Both the position numbers and the translations under genes were made by a program. The notes below the pieces were generated by a model, which saw only the letters and a program-made list of their open reading frames with translations, ran no database searches and had not been told where the DNA came from. 64,000 bases of DNA from a virus: the UHGV virus genome UHGV-0385297. One strand, 5' to 3'. Numbering within the stretch: the first letter of the stretch is position 1; each line of letters begins with the position of its first letter. This document shows, piece after piece, positions 46,468 to 55,540 of this stretch.

Positions 46468-46935
46468 ATGATTTATAAATTAGTATTAGGTGATTGGTCA
46501 GATGATGGACATGGAATTTCAAAGGATTTTTTATTTGAATGTAATTACGATGTACACAAAATTAGACAAGCATATAAAGATAGCTGTAAAAAGTTAGGCG
46601 TTACATTTAATCATAATAAAGATTATACAGGTCTTGGGTTAGGATATGGAAACGAGAGACAGGTGTGGACTGAATATGAGGAAGATGGTATTAGTAAAAC
46701 AGCATTTGAAATTTTAGATAAGGCTAACTGTTTTAATGGAATAGAATATTACGAAGATAATGATAAATATTACATTGAGTGTGATGAAGACTGTGCGAAA
46801 CTTATTATTAATTTTATTGCCTTATCTATGCCAGAAGATTTTACATACAAACTAATCGAGCAGGAATATGAATATATCAATGGTTATTGGAATGATGAAT
46901 TAAATCATCAATTTGGATATGGATTATTTGATTAG
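46468..46935 (+). CDS. hypothetical protein
   Basis: 155-aa ORF after AGGAAGGAG RBS. Confidence 0.5.
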   Translation: MIYKLVLGDWSDDGHGISKDFLFECNYDVHKIRQAYKDSCKKLGVTFNHNKDYTGLGLGYGNERQVWTEYEEDGISKTAFEILDKANCFNGIEYYEDNDKYYIECDEDCAKLIINFIALSMPEDFTYKLIEQEYEYINGYWNDELNHQFGYGLFD

Positions 46936-47045
46936 CAGGAATGAAGCATTTCTTGTTGATTTTATCTAAGAGCGTTTCTGCTCACAATTTCCAAATAAAA
47001 GAGAGAATATATAAGTGACAATAAAATTTTAAAGGAGATGTCACT

Positions 47046-47747
47046 ATGAGCAAAAAGAATTTTTTTAAAGGTCTTAAATTTCATTATCGTTTTAACGATA
47101 AGGAGTTATTAGACAAATATGAAACTATTGAAGATTTCTTAAATACGAGTTTTCCCAAGAACAATAATCCATTATCACCAAATTTGGATACAGAAATTTT
47201 TAAGATTGTTTGGAATAGACATTTACTTTCTGATTATATTCCTAACCAGATTAAAACAGTAAAAGATTTGTTAATTATTTTGAGTAATGAAGATATTTGT
47301 AATACTTTATTAACTAAGCAATTTTGCAAATCAAAACTAAAGCAAAAACAAAAACACGAGGACTTGATTCGCAAAGAAGTATATTCCATTGATGAAGTTA
47401 GAGAAAAAGTAAAAGACATTCTATTTGAAAAAGATAAGAGAAATGCAAAGATTGATTTCGATGGAGATTTGATTAAGGGTAACAGTCAAAGATATCAGAC
47501 TTTTTTCACAAAAGGTTGTAAATGCGCAATTTGTGGAATTGAAGGAAAATATTTTGCAAAAGAAAGACATTTACAAGATAAAGCATATCATCTGAATTTA
47601 TATGCAGTTGATGATAATGGTGATGAAATTTTAATGACAAAAGATCATATTATACCACGTTCAAAAGGTGGTATTGATGATATTAGTAACTATCAAACAA
47701 TGTGTAAGCTTTGTAATGAAGCTAAAGGTAACAAATTAGAAGATTAA
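47046..47747 (+). CDS. HNH nuclease domain protein
   Basis: C-terminal MTKDHIIPRSKGGIDDISNYQTMCKLCNEAKGNK (H-N-H, CxxC); 233 aa; directly upstream of the RNA ligase genes. Confidence 0.7.
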   Translation: MSKKNFFKGLKFHYRFNDKELLDKYETIEDFLNTSFPKNNNPLSPNLDTEIFKIVWNRHLLSDYIPNQIKTVKDLLIILSNEDICNTLLTKQFCKSKLKQKQKHEDLIRKEVYSIDEVREKVKDILFEKDKRNAKIDFDGDLIKGNSQRYQTFFTKGCKCAICGIEGKYFAKERHLQDKAYHLNLYAVDDNGDEILMTKDHIIPRSKGGIDDISNYQTMCKLCNEAKGNKLED

Positions 47748-47816
47748 AAAGAAAGGAAAAATTAGAAAAGTTCCTATAGGATAAAGTGCGCACTACTTAC
47801 TAAGGTAAGATGGAAC

Positions 47817-48737
47817 TTGGAACAGAAAAAATTTATGGATATCGCCCGTATCAAAGAGGATACGGAGTTAACGGCAGCAAATACAAATGGTTTTCATGTA
47901 GGGGATCATGTAGTAATTCAGACTAAATTTGACGGAGCAAATGCATCTTTCAGATACAATGAAGAAACAGGGGAACTTGACACTTTTTCTCGCAAGCAGC
48001 CACTTACATATGACAGTACATTATCTGGTTTTTGGAATTTTGTAAAAACACTGGATGCAGATAAATTTAAGAAATATCCAAATTATGTATTCTTTGGAGA
48101 ATGGGCTGTAAAAAATAAGATTATTTATAAACCAGAATATAGAAAAATTTGGCTTATGTATGATGTTTATGACGTAGAAAATAAATGTTATTTGTCTCAG
48201 TCAGAAGTTAAAAGGTTAGCTGAAGAGTTTGGATTTACATATATCAATACGTGGTATGATGGAGAATTTATTTCTTGGGAACATGTTAAAAGCTTCTTAG
48301 ATAAAGTAGTTTATTCTGAGTCTATCGAAGAAGGGGTAGTGATTAAAAATATGACAAGGCTTAATGACCCTAATTCAAGAACACCATTTGTATTGAAAAT
48401 TGTAAACGATCAGTTCTCAGAAGTAATGAAGCAAAAACCAAAAGAAATAAATCCAGAAGTCGAAGCAGCAAAGCAAAAAGCACAGGATATTGTTAATCAG
48501 ATTGTAACACGTAGACGAGTTGAAAAAGAGATTTATAAAATGCGAGATGAGGGTATCCTCCCTGAAAAAATTGAACCAATAGATATGAAACTTGTAGCAC
48601 AGAATCTTCCAAAAAGAATTTTCAATGATTGTGTTAAGGAAGAAAAAGAAATGGTAGAAACAGCTGGTGAATATTTTAGTAAGATGTGTGGATCTACAGC
48701 AATGAAACACGCAAAAAATATTATTTTAGGGAATTAA
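47817..48737 (+). CDS. Rnl2-family RNA ligase (nucleotidyltransferase)
   Basis: motif I KFDGAN (KxDG), III FFGEW, IV YDVYDV, V EGVVIK, VI KIVNDQ, in Rnl2 order and spacing; start either TTG 47817 or ATG 47835. Confidence 0.75.
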   Translation: MEQKKFMDIARIKEDTELTAANTNGFHVGDHVVIQTKFDGANASFRYNEETGELDTFSRKQPLTYDSTLSGFWNFVKTLDADKFKKYPNYVFFGEWAVKNKIIYKPEYRKIWLMYDVYDVENKCYLSQSEVKRLAEEFGFTYINTWYDGEFISWEHVKSFLDKVVYSESIEEGVVIKNMTRLNDPNSRTPFVLKIVNDQFSEVMKQKPKEINPEVEAAKQKAQDIVNQIVTRRRVEKEIYKMRDEGILPEKIEPIDMKLVAQNLPKRIFNDCVKEEKEMVETAGEYFSKMCGSTAMKHAKNIILGN

Positions 48738-48739
48738 AT

Positions 48740-50062
48740 ATGAGTTGGAATCCAGTATTAAATAAAACTATTGAAATAAAGAACGAATATATAAAGAAAT
48801 TTGGATATATTACATATGATTATTTAGATGGTTATACAAATAAATCTCAAACCTGTTTGGAAAGATGGGTAGAAGAGTTAAATAAACTTGAGCCAATTGA
48901 TCAATATTCTGAGTATACTGATTTACTTTCTTGCTTAGAGTTGAATCAGTATAATGATTTTATTTTGTTAAGATACGCAAGATACAGTAACGTATATGAT
49001 GGAGAAATTGATAATTCAGGTGAAGATTTTTGGGATAGATATAATGGATTTTATAGAGAATGTAGAAGTATTGTTATAGATATTAGAAATGAATGCATTA
49101 TTCTTTGTCCATTTAAAAAGTTTTTCAATATAAATGAACTAGAAGAAACCAATTTAGAGAATATTCAAAGTAGAATTAGTAATGCAAAAACAGTTGAGTT
49201 CTCTGATAAATTGGACGGTTCTATGCAGACAGCTACTTGGTACGATAATCGAATTGTTATGGCAGGTAGCCAAGCAATCAATCCTGATAATTCATGGAGA
49301 TTACAAGATGGATATCGGATGATCCGTGAGTTGTCTGGATATGAAGAAATGTTAAAAAATAATATTGGACTTACATTTATTTTTGAGTATATTTCATTAA
49401 AAGATGCTCATGTAGTTAAATATGCAAAAGAACAAGAAGGATTATATCTTATTGGTATAAGAAGCAATGAATTTGGAACAGAATATGATTATAAAACTGT
49501 TCTTGATATGGCGAACATTTATAATATTCCAACAACAAAACTTTTCGATAAAACATTAGACAAGATTATGAATGAATTAGATGATAAGTCTTCCAATGAG
49601 GCTGAAGGTTTTGTTGTCAACATTGATGGCTATAAAGTAAAAGTCAAATATAATGATTATGTATATATCCATAAAGCTCTATCTAAACTTTCTTCAATTA
49701 ATCTAATTATCCGTTCTATCGCAGATGACAAATATGACGATCTTCTTTCAAAACTTCCTATTGCATACCATGAAAACGTAAAAAGAGTAGCAGCTATTGT
49801 AGTGAAATATATTGAATATACTGAAAAAGAAATAAGAGAATATTATAATAAGGCACCAAAATATGATCAAAAAGAATTTATGGTATATGTCTCAAATAAT
49901 ATTCCTAAAAAGTATCAAGCATATTGCAGAGAGTTATATTTTGGTCGTGAGATTAATGTTGTTAGAAGCGGAAATGATAAGCAACCACATTATAAAAAAC
50001 TAAAAGATATGGGTGTTAAAAACTATTCTATAATATTTACTCAGGAGGAAAATGATGAATAA
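48740..50062 (+). CDS. ATP-dependent RNA ligase (second KxDG nucleotidyltransferase)
   Basis: motif I SDKLDGSM, motif V EGFVVNIDGYKVKVK; ATG 48740 overlaps the upstream stop; about 440 aa. Confidence 0.65.
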   Translation: MSWNPVLNKTIEIKNEYIKKFGYITYDYLDGYTNKSQTCLERWVEELNKLEPIDQYSEYTDLLSCLELNQYNDFILLRYARYSNVYDGEIDNSGEDFWDRYNGFYRECRSIVIDIRNECIILCPFKKFFNINELEETNLENIQSRISNAKTVEFSDKLDGSMQTATWYDNRIVMAGSQAINPDNSWRLQDGYRMIRELSGYEEMLKNNIGLTFIFEYISLKDAHVVKYAKEQEGLYLIGIRSNEFGTEYDYKTVLDMANIYNIPTTKLFDKTLDKIMNELDDKSSNEAEGFVVNIDGYKVKVKYNDYVYIHKALSKLSSINLIIRSIADDKYDDLLSKLPIAYHENVKRVAAIVVKYIEYTEKEIREYYNKAPKYDQKEFMVYVSNNIPKKYQAYCRELYFGREINVVRSGNDKQPHYKKLKDMGVKNYSIIFTQEENDE

Positions 50063-50987
50063 ACCAACACTGACGGTATTCGTTGGGCTAAGTGGTAGTG
50101 GTAAGTCAACCATTGCCACTCAGATTGCCAACGAAAATTCAAACACAGTAATTGTATCATCAGATGCAATTCGTGAGGAATTAACAGGTAATTACGAAGA
50201 CCAAGAACATAACGAAGAAGTGTTTAAGATTTTTCACAATAGAATTCGTAAGAATTTGGAAAATAAAAAGAATGTAATAGCAGATGCAACCAACATTACT
50301 ATGAAGTCACGCAGAGCAATTATAACGAAAGTAAATGGATTAGATGTTGAGAAAATCTGTTATTTGATCCCAAAACCATATGAACAGTGCAAGATTGATA
50401 ATAAGAATAGATTACATCCTGTTCCAGACGAAGTAATAGACAAACAGATCATGCGGTTTCAAGTGCCATTCTATGAAGAAAATTTCGATAAAATTATTAT
50501 TCGTAAAGATGATAGTTGGGAAGAATACAAAATTGGAAGTATTAATCTGTTTTTGGCAATGTTTGGATTTGATCAGAAAAACCCACATCATAACATGACA
50601 TTAGATGATCATTGCATGAATACATATAACTTGTTCTGCAATAAAATTCCGCATAAAACATTATTAAATCTCGAATATGTTAATGGGTATGCAATGGGAG
50701 CAAAACTACACGATTTTGGTAAAATCATGGTTCAGACATTTGATGAAAACGGTATTGCTCACTACTATGGACATTCTAGTACAGGATCGTATTTTATTCT
50801 TTCTCAAATGGTAAAACCTCTTGTATGGACAGACGATATGTTATTAGATTGTTGTTTTCTTATCAACTATCATATGATGCCGTTCAATTGGACAAGTGAT
50901 GAAGCAAATAAACGTTGGAAGAAAAGATTTGGAGAATATAAATATCAGATGCTATTAGATTTCAATGAATGCGATAAGGCGAGGTAA
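50052..50987 (+). CDS. P-loop kinase fused to HD-domain phosphohydrolase (polynucleotide kinase-phosphatase-like RNA healing enzyme)
   Basis: Walker A VGLSGSGKSTIA at N-terminus; C-terminal HHNMTLDDH...LHDFGK (H...HD); overlapping start ATGATGA. Confidence 0.65.
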   Translation: MMNKPTLTVFVGLSGSGKSTIATQIANENSNTVIVSSDAIREELTGNYEDQEHNEEVFKIFHNRIRKNLENKKNVIADATNITMKSRRAIITKVNGLDVEKICYLIPKPYEQCKIDNKNRLHPVPDEVIDKQIMRFQVPFYEENFDKIIIRKDDSWEEYKIGSINLFLAMFGFDQKNPHHNMTLDDHCMNTYNLFCNKIPHKTLLNLEYVNGYAMGAKLHDFGKIMVQTFDENGIAHYYGHSSTGSYFILSQMVKPLVWTDDMLLDCCFLINYHMMPFNWTSDEANKRWKKRFGEYKYQMLLDFNECDKAR

Positions 50988-50989
50988 TC

Positions 50990-51385
50990 ATGGGAAATAT
51001 TTTACAAGATGAAGCTTATTTCTATCTGAATGAGTACAAAGATATTGTCAAAACAGAAGATGGATATAAGTTGCAGCCGGTATTTGAAAGACTTCACAAT
51101 GGAGACATCGTAAGAACTGAATGTAGCAAGGCTATGAGTAATCAAAATAGTGCAGATAAAATTTGTTTTAGTTGTATTCACTCTACTGAACTTAGTTCAA
51201 GTCGGATTTGTAAAATACGAAGTAAGTTAAACGGCAATCCAAAACGTTTATGCTTAAGTTCATATGTTCATAATTGTGATGCATGTGAATATATTGAACC
51301 ACTTACTGTTATTCATTCAGAAGAAGAAATGATTCAGTTTATAGAAAAAACGGAAAATTTTTTTTTCTTGTATCGAATATTATGA
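50990..51385 (+). CDS. hypothetical Cys-rich protein
   Basis: 131-aa ORF coupled to upstream gene. Confidence 0.5.
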   Translation: MGNILQDEAYFYLNEYKDIVKTEDGYKLQPVFERLHNGDIVRTECSKAMSNQNSADKICFSCIHSTELSSSRICKIRSKLNGNPKRLCLSSYVHNCDACEYIEPLTVIHSEEEMIQFIEKTENFFFLYRIL

Positions 51386-51608
51386 ATCGTACTATGGGTT
51401 TGAACGTAAGTGGGATGAGGAAGGAAATGGAGAAATTTTAGAGACGGTTGGAGAATATTATAACAGAGGTGGCAAGTTTACATATATTCCAAATAAATAT
51501 CCAAGTGTGGTCTATTTCGGATTAGTAGATGATGATTATCTATATAGTTGGAGTTCAGCACATCTAAAATGGATATATTGCGGAGAATGATAAAGTGAGG
51601 TTGAAGAT

Positions 51609-51824
51609 ATGATTGATAGCTCAGATGTGGTTTCTTATGATAACGGTTGGCAGGCTGGTTATGAAATGGGATTTTCAGACTGTAAAGAAAAGCTGATGAA
51701 GGTACTTAGATTAGTGGCTTTGAGAGCTGTAGAAAAAGAAAATCCTGGATTATACGTTATTCCAGAAGAAAAGTTAAGAAAGATTATGATCGAAGCTGGA
51801 TTAGATGAAGAGTTCTTAGATTAA
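51609..51824 (+). CDS. hypothetical protein
   Basis: 71-aa ORF after GAGGTTGAAG RBS. Confidence 0.45.
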   Translation: MIDSSDVVSYDNGWQAGYEMGFSDCKEKLMKVLRLVALRAVEKENPGLYVIPEEKLRKIMIEAGLDEEFLD

Positions 51825-51829
51825 TGTGT

Positions 51830-51976
51830 TATGTGGTGGCGGAATAGGTAGACGCACAGACGGTCAGGAGACAGGCACAATGAGTAAAAACATCCGGTGA
51901 TAGCGCCTATGGGTTCGACTCCCTCCAATGTGAGCAGTGCACGGCTTATGCATGGTGCAAATCCATGCCCACATAG
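51830..51976 (+). ncRNA. aberrant tRNA-like element (147 nt): Leu-type acceptor/D-arm at 5' end, T-arm-like hairpin and matching acceptor at 3' end, about 60 nt of extra sequence between
   Basis: 7-bp acceptor complementarity TATGTGG (51830-36) / CCACATA (51969-75); D-arm TG-GCGG-AATAGGTAG-ACGC as in tRNA-Leu; internal GGGTTCGACTCCC T-loop-like motif; 3' hairpin GCATGG-TGCAAAT-CCATGC; no canonical anticodon stem found. Confidence 0.35.
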
Positions 51977-52002
51977 TAAAAATATAAAAGGAGAATAAGT
52001 AT

Positions 52003-52458
52003 ATGAAAATTAATTTTGTTAAAATTCATTTTAATCAAACTGAGTCGTATAAATACAAACCAATTAAATATTGCTGTCCTGGAATTATGAGATATCCAAT
52101 TGTTATTGCCAATGAGGATCTACGGGATCAAAATTATGGTTATTATGGAACTGATGATATGCCGAGAGTATGTATCAGTGAAACAATTCACAGACAGGAT
52201 TGGGATGATGAATGGGATGAAACTGAAAATCATGTTATTAATTATTGTCCATATTGTGGAGAGAAGATTGAGCTGGCAGTTGTAGATGAAAAAGACTGCG
52301 ATGAGTTGTACCAGGAAGTGATAAACTTACGTAAGAAAAAATGGGCTGAATATATTAAAACAGATAGTAAGAAAAAAGCAAATAAATTAAGACAAGAAGT
52401 GGCTGAGTTGGATAATAAGATCAATGGATTGTACGAATTGGAGGAGTATAAAGAATGA
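52003..52458 (+). CDS. hypothetical protein with CxxC pairs
   Basis: 151-aa ORF after AAGGAG RBS. Confidence 0.5.
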   Translation: MKINFVKIHFNQTESYKYKPIKYCCPGIMRYPIVIANEDLRDQNYGYYGTDDMPRVCISETIHRQDWDDEWDETENHVINYCPYCGEKIELAVVDEKDCDELYQEVINLRKKKWAEYIKTDSKKKANKLRQEVAELDNKINGLYELEEYKE

Positions 52459-52895
52459 GACAGAGAACAAGAAAGAAATGGCTTAAGAAACATGACCAGT
52501 ATATTGCTCCGAAAGAATTATGGAATTTGGATTATACTGTGGCGAAATTTGTATTGCCAAGACTAATTAAATTTAAAGAAAATAGTTCAGGTTTTCCTGG
52601 TTATGACGAAGCAGATACTATGGATAAGTGGCAAGATATTTTACAGAAGATGATTACCGCTTTTGAATATATCGTCACAGATGACGATTGGTGGGTTGAT
52701 GATCCGAGATATGATTATTCGGATGGCATTCATATAGAAATAGATAAAGATAAAAAAACATTATTTCATTTTCGTATAGACGATTGGGCCAAAGAGATTG
52801 AAAACAATCGAGATACAGAGCAGGATAGACGGAATGAAGCAATCAAAGAAGGGCTAGAGCTGTTTTCTAAATATTTTAGACATTTGTGGTGGTGA
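52455..52895 (+). CDS. hypothetical protein
   Basis: 146-aa ORF, ATGA overlap. Confidence 0.5.
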   Translation: MRQRTRKKWLKKHDQYIAPKELWNLDYTVAKFVLPRLIKFKENSSGFPGYDEADTMDKWQDILQKMITAFEYIVTDDDWWVDDPRYDYSDGIHIEIDKDKKTLFHFRIDDWAKEIENNRDTEQDRRNEAIKEGLELFSKYFRHLWW

Positions 52896-52902
52896 AAACT
52901 AT

Positions 52903-53388
52903 ATGTTGTGTGATAGATGTCCATATTTTGGTGTTTATCAAAAATGCAATACTATATATTGTATATTTGAAGACGAATCACCACAATATATAGAAAAAAT
53001 TTCCGATGAAACCCATCTTTCATCCAGAAAAATTAGACTCACAGCCACCGATTATAAGAAGAAAAAGTCCCGTGATCGGAGAAATTCAGAGAATAAATAT
53101 AAGACACATCTAAAATTTCTTTCTGATAATCTTAAAAGGTATCCTTCGCCTGTATATCCAGTTGATCGAAATGGTAAACCTTCAGAAAAATGGAATTTCC
53201 AAAATGGCTCATATACGTTAGGCGAAATCGCACGATATAAGAGATGCTGGCTTTCTAAAAAAGGACATGGAAATTTAGCCGGATATTACAAAAAGATGGC
53301 AAATCGTGCTGTGAGGAAAGATAAAAACATAATACATAGAGGTTGTTTTTATAAAAAAGTTTATGACTATTGGTGGAAAATAATTTAG
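52903..53388 (+). CDS. hypothetical basic protein
   Basis: 161 aa, K/R-rich. Confidence 0.5.
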   Translation: MLCDRCPYFGVYQKCNTIYCIFEDESPQYIEKISDETHLSSRKIRLTATDYKKKKSRDRRNSENKYKTHLKFLSDNLKRYPSPVYPVDRNGKPSEKWNFQNGSYTLGEIARYKRCWLSKKGHGNLAGYYKKMANRAVRKDKNIIHRGCFYKKVYDYWWKII

Positions 53389-53429
53389 AGAATATAAATG
53401 TGGAGGTGACATAGACGGAGAATAAATAT

Positions 53430-53645
53430 ATGAAACAGACATTAAAACCGTGTCCATTTTGTGGTAGTGATAAGTTAAAGATAGATAATCGTAAAGGAAC
53501 ATATTCTATTAGATGTAATAGATGCCACGCAAGAGGTTGTACGAGTAGTATTTGGAGCGACAATACTACAATCAGCGAAGAGGATGCTATCAATAAAGCA
53601 GTTGAATTATGGAACAGGAGAGTGGTTTTAGATGGAGCTAAATAA
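53430..53645 (+). CDS. Lar-family zinc-finger protein (restriction alleviation-like)
   Basis: MKQTLKPCPFCGSDKLKIDNRKGTYSIRCNRCHARGCT pattern typical of Lar/Rz-like zinc ribbons. Confidence 0.55.
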   Translation: MKQTLKPCPFCGSDKLKIDNRKGTYSIRCNRCHARGCTSSIWSDNTTISEEDAINKAVELWNRRVVLDGAK

Positions 53646-53862
53646 TAAAACTAAACAATTATTATACATTATAGCTGCTGGTGTGGTACAGGCTACAATA
53701 ATGATTATTATTTTCTTTGCAGAATATTATATGATTTGCATTGATGATAATATGACAGTGTTTCTGACGTCTATTATTATAAGTGATGTACTATTATATA
53801 CATGGCACTTTCTGTATAAGAAAGTAGAAAAATTAGGAGAAGATGATAAAGATGAGAAATAA
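53632..53862 (+). CDS. small membrane protein
   Basis: two hydrophobic helices LLYIIAAGVVQATIMIIIFFAEYYMICI / VFLTSIIISDVLLY. Confidence 0.5.
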   Translation: MELNNKTKQLLYIIAAGVVQATIMIIIFFAEYYMICIDDNMTVFLTSIIISDVLLYTWHFLYKKVEKLGEDDKDEK

Positions 53863-54103
53863 AATTGGAGATGTAATTTTAGTTTTAGGATTTCTTATTG
53901 GTTTGTATGTAGGTGGATGGCTGATGTTAATTAAACCAATTCTTGACTGCTATGCTGCATACGGATCAGGAGCATTAACATGGGGAATAATCGGATGGAA
54001 TTTCTTGAAGTTCTGTTTTGCTGGTCCAGTGATTTGGTTTATTGCATGGGGTGGCGCAATTGTAAGACTGGTTGTAGTTAAATGGAATAAAAATAAAGAA
54101 TAA
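53843..54103 (+). CDS. small membrane protein
   Basis: three hydrophobic segments VILVLGFLIGLYVGGWLMLI... ; overlaps previous gene. Confidence 0.5.
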   Translation: MIKMRNKIGDVILVLGFLIGLYVGGWLMLIKPILDCYAAYGSGALTWGIIGWNFLKFCFAGPVIWFIAWGGAIVRLVVVKWNKNKE

Positions 54104-54118
54104 GAGAGGAAAGACAAT

Positions 54119-54385
54119 ATGAGAAAGTTGACTGAAAATGAAGTAGAAATGTTAAAAGGATTAAGTGCAGATGATATTATGAAAGAACTAGAGAATATCT
54201 ATAAAGATGATAAAGATACGCTGTTAAAAATTCAGGAATGCGAAAGTATCAAAGAGTCTTTGCAGTGGATCGAGACATATCCTGCTTATGCAAAGTCTTA
54301 TGAAATGTTTATTGAACATTTACGTGAAATGATGGATCAGATTGGATATTATAATGAAGCATTAGTAAATCTTCAGAAGGAATAA
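54119..54385 (+). CDS. hypothetical protein
   Basis: 88-aa ORF after AGAGAGGAAAG RBS. Confidence 0.5.
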   Translation: MRKLTENEVEMLKGLSADDIMKELENIYKDDKDTLLKIQECESIKESLQWIETYPAYAKSYEMFIEHLREMMDQIGYYNEALVNLQKE

Positions 54386-54421
54386 GAGAATAAATAAGTG
54401 GCTGAGAAATCAGTCACATCT

Positions 54422-54494
54422 AGCGAATTAGTATAATCAGGTAGTACACTGAGGTTTGATCTCAGAAGTATCGGTTCAAATCCGGTATTCGCCG
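54422..54494 (+). tRNA. tRNA-Gln (anticodon TTG)
   Basis: manual cloverleaf: acceptor AGCGAAT/ATTCGCC (1:72 A-C mismatch), U8, D-arm GTAT-AATCAGGTA-GTAC, anticodon stem CTGAG/CTCAG loop GTTTGAT, T-arm ATCGG-TTCAAAT-CCGGT. Confidence 0.75.
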
Positions 54495-54641
54495 TTGGCT
54501 CTGATTCATCTGTGATGTGGAAAGTCGCAGAACGGTGGCAAGAGGATGTAAAACTTTAAAAACAAATTTCCCATCGGATTGTTATTGCTTGGTTGATGCG
54601 CAGACTTAAGCAACAGAGCCACTTAATAAAACGTTTATGGT

Positions 54642-54710
54642 TTCTCATTGGTGTAATAGGAAGCACGGCAGCTCACTCTGCAAAACTTGGTTCGAGTCCA
54701 AGATGAGGAA
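54642..54710 (+). ncRNA. tRNA-like element with non-canonical anticodon arm (possible pseudo-tRNA)
   Basis: acceptor TTCTCAT/ATGAGGA, perfect T-arm CTTGG-TTCGAGT-CCAAG, D-stem only GTG/CAC, anticodon region folds as 4-bp stem with 6-nt loop CTCACT. Confidence 0.35.
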
Positions 54711-54739
54711 GTAATAAAAATAAGAAGGAGTGATAAATA

Positions 54740-55510
54740 TTGAGTGTATTTGTAACAGGCGATTGCCATGGAGATGTAAGCAGATTCAGTAAAGATTGTT
54801 TCTATGAACAGAAAGATTTTAGTGGAAACAAAGATGAAAATTTTGTAATTATCTGTGGTGATTTTGGTCTTGTATGGCAGCGTGATTGTGAAAGTAAATC
54901 AGAACATTATTGGTTAGACTGGTTAGAAGATAAACCATTTACAACTCTATTCGTAGATGGTAATCATAGCAATCATAAGAGAATTGAAAAGTATCCAGTA
55001 AAAGAATGGCATGGCGGTATGGTTCATGAAATTAGACCACATGTTTTACATATGATGCGTGGCGAAGTCTTCAATATTCAAGGTAAAAAATTCTTTGTAT
55101 TCGGTGGTGCAAGTTCGCACGATATTTCAGATGGTATTCTTGATTATAACGATGAGGATTGGCGAGAGAAAGCCAAGAAATTGGAAGCAAGTGGTAAATG
55201 GATGTACCGTGTAAAAGATCTGACTTGGTGGGAAGAAGAGTTACCAACTGATCAGGAAATGCAGCATGGTTTGGATAAATTAAAAGAGAATAATAATGTA
55301 GTTGATTATATTATCACTCATAGTCCACCTGCATCAGTTATTGCTCTATTAGGACAAGGCTTATATGAACAAGATATTCTTACGAAGTATTTAGAGAATA
55401 TTAGAGCAGAGACCGAATATAAATATTGGTTCATGGGACATATGCATGTTAATAGGGCAATCAATGATAAAGATATGATTCTGTATGAACAAATCGTACA
55501 GATATTATAA
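54740..55510 (+). CDS. calcineurin-like metallophosphoesterase
   Basis: signature motifs GDCHGD, GDFGLVW, GNHSNH, and a GH pair in ITHSPP/MGHMH; TTG start 54740 with AAGGAGTG RBS 8 nt upstream. Confidence 0.7.
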   Translation: MSVFVTGDCHGDVSRFSKDCFYEQKDFSGNKDENFVIICGDFGLVWQRDCESKSEHYWLDWLEDKPFTTLFVDGNHSNHKRIEKYPVKEWHGGMVHEIRPHVLHMMRGEVFNIQGKKFFVFGGASSHDISDGILDYNDEDWREKAKKLEASGKWMYRVKDLTWWEEELPTDQEMQHGLDKLKENNNVVDYIITHSPPASVIALLGQGLYEQDILTKYLENIRAETEYKYWFMGHMHVNRAINDKDMILYEQIVQIL

Positions 55511-55540
55511 AAAAATAAGAAAGAAAAGAGGAAATTAAGT

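Noticed and set aside
50052-50987. Assigning the kinase-HD protein as DatZ (dATP triphosphohydrolase of Z-genome phages) to support the PurZ hypothesis
   Set aside because: DatZ is a small stand-alone HD protein. Here the HD domain is fused to a P-loop kinase and sits in an RNA-ligase operon 11 kb away from the PurA-like gene, which fits RNA end-healing much better.
51830-51976. Interpreting the 147-nt tRNA-like element as a tRNA interrupted by a group I intron
   Set aside because: The extra sequence is only ~60 nt, far too short for a group I intron core (P3-P7). No BHB motif for an archaeal-type intron is expected in a Firmicutes-type phage. Left as an aberrant tRNA-like element.
54495-54640. 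A third canonical tRNA between tRNA-Gln and the 3' tRNA-like gene
   Set aside because: No T-loop (GTTCRANYC) or D-loop consensus could be found and the sequence folds only into long-range stems (TGGCTCTG/CAGAGCCA; TTGCT/AGCAA). Reported as unexplained structured RNA rather than a tRNA.
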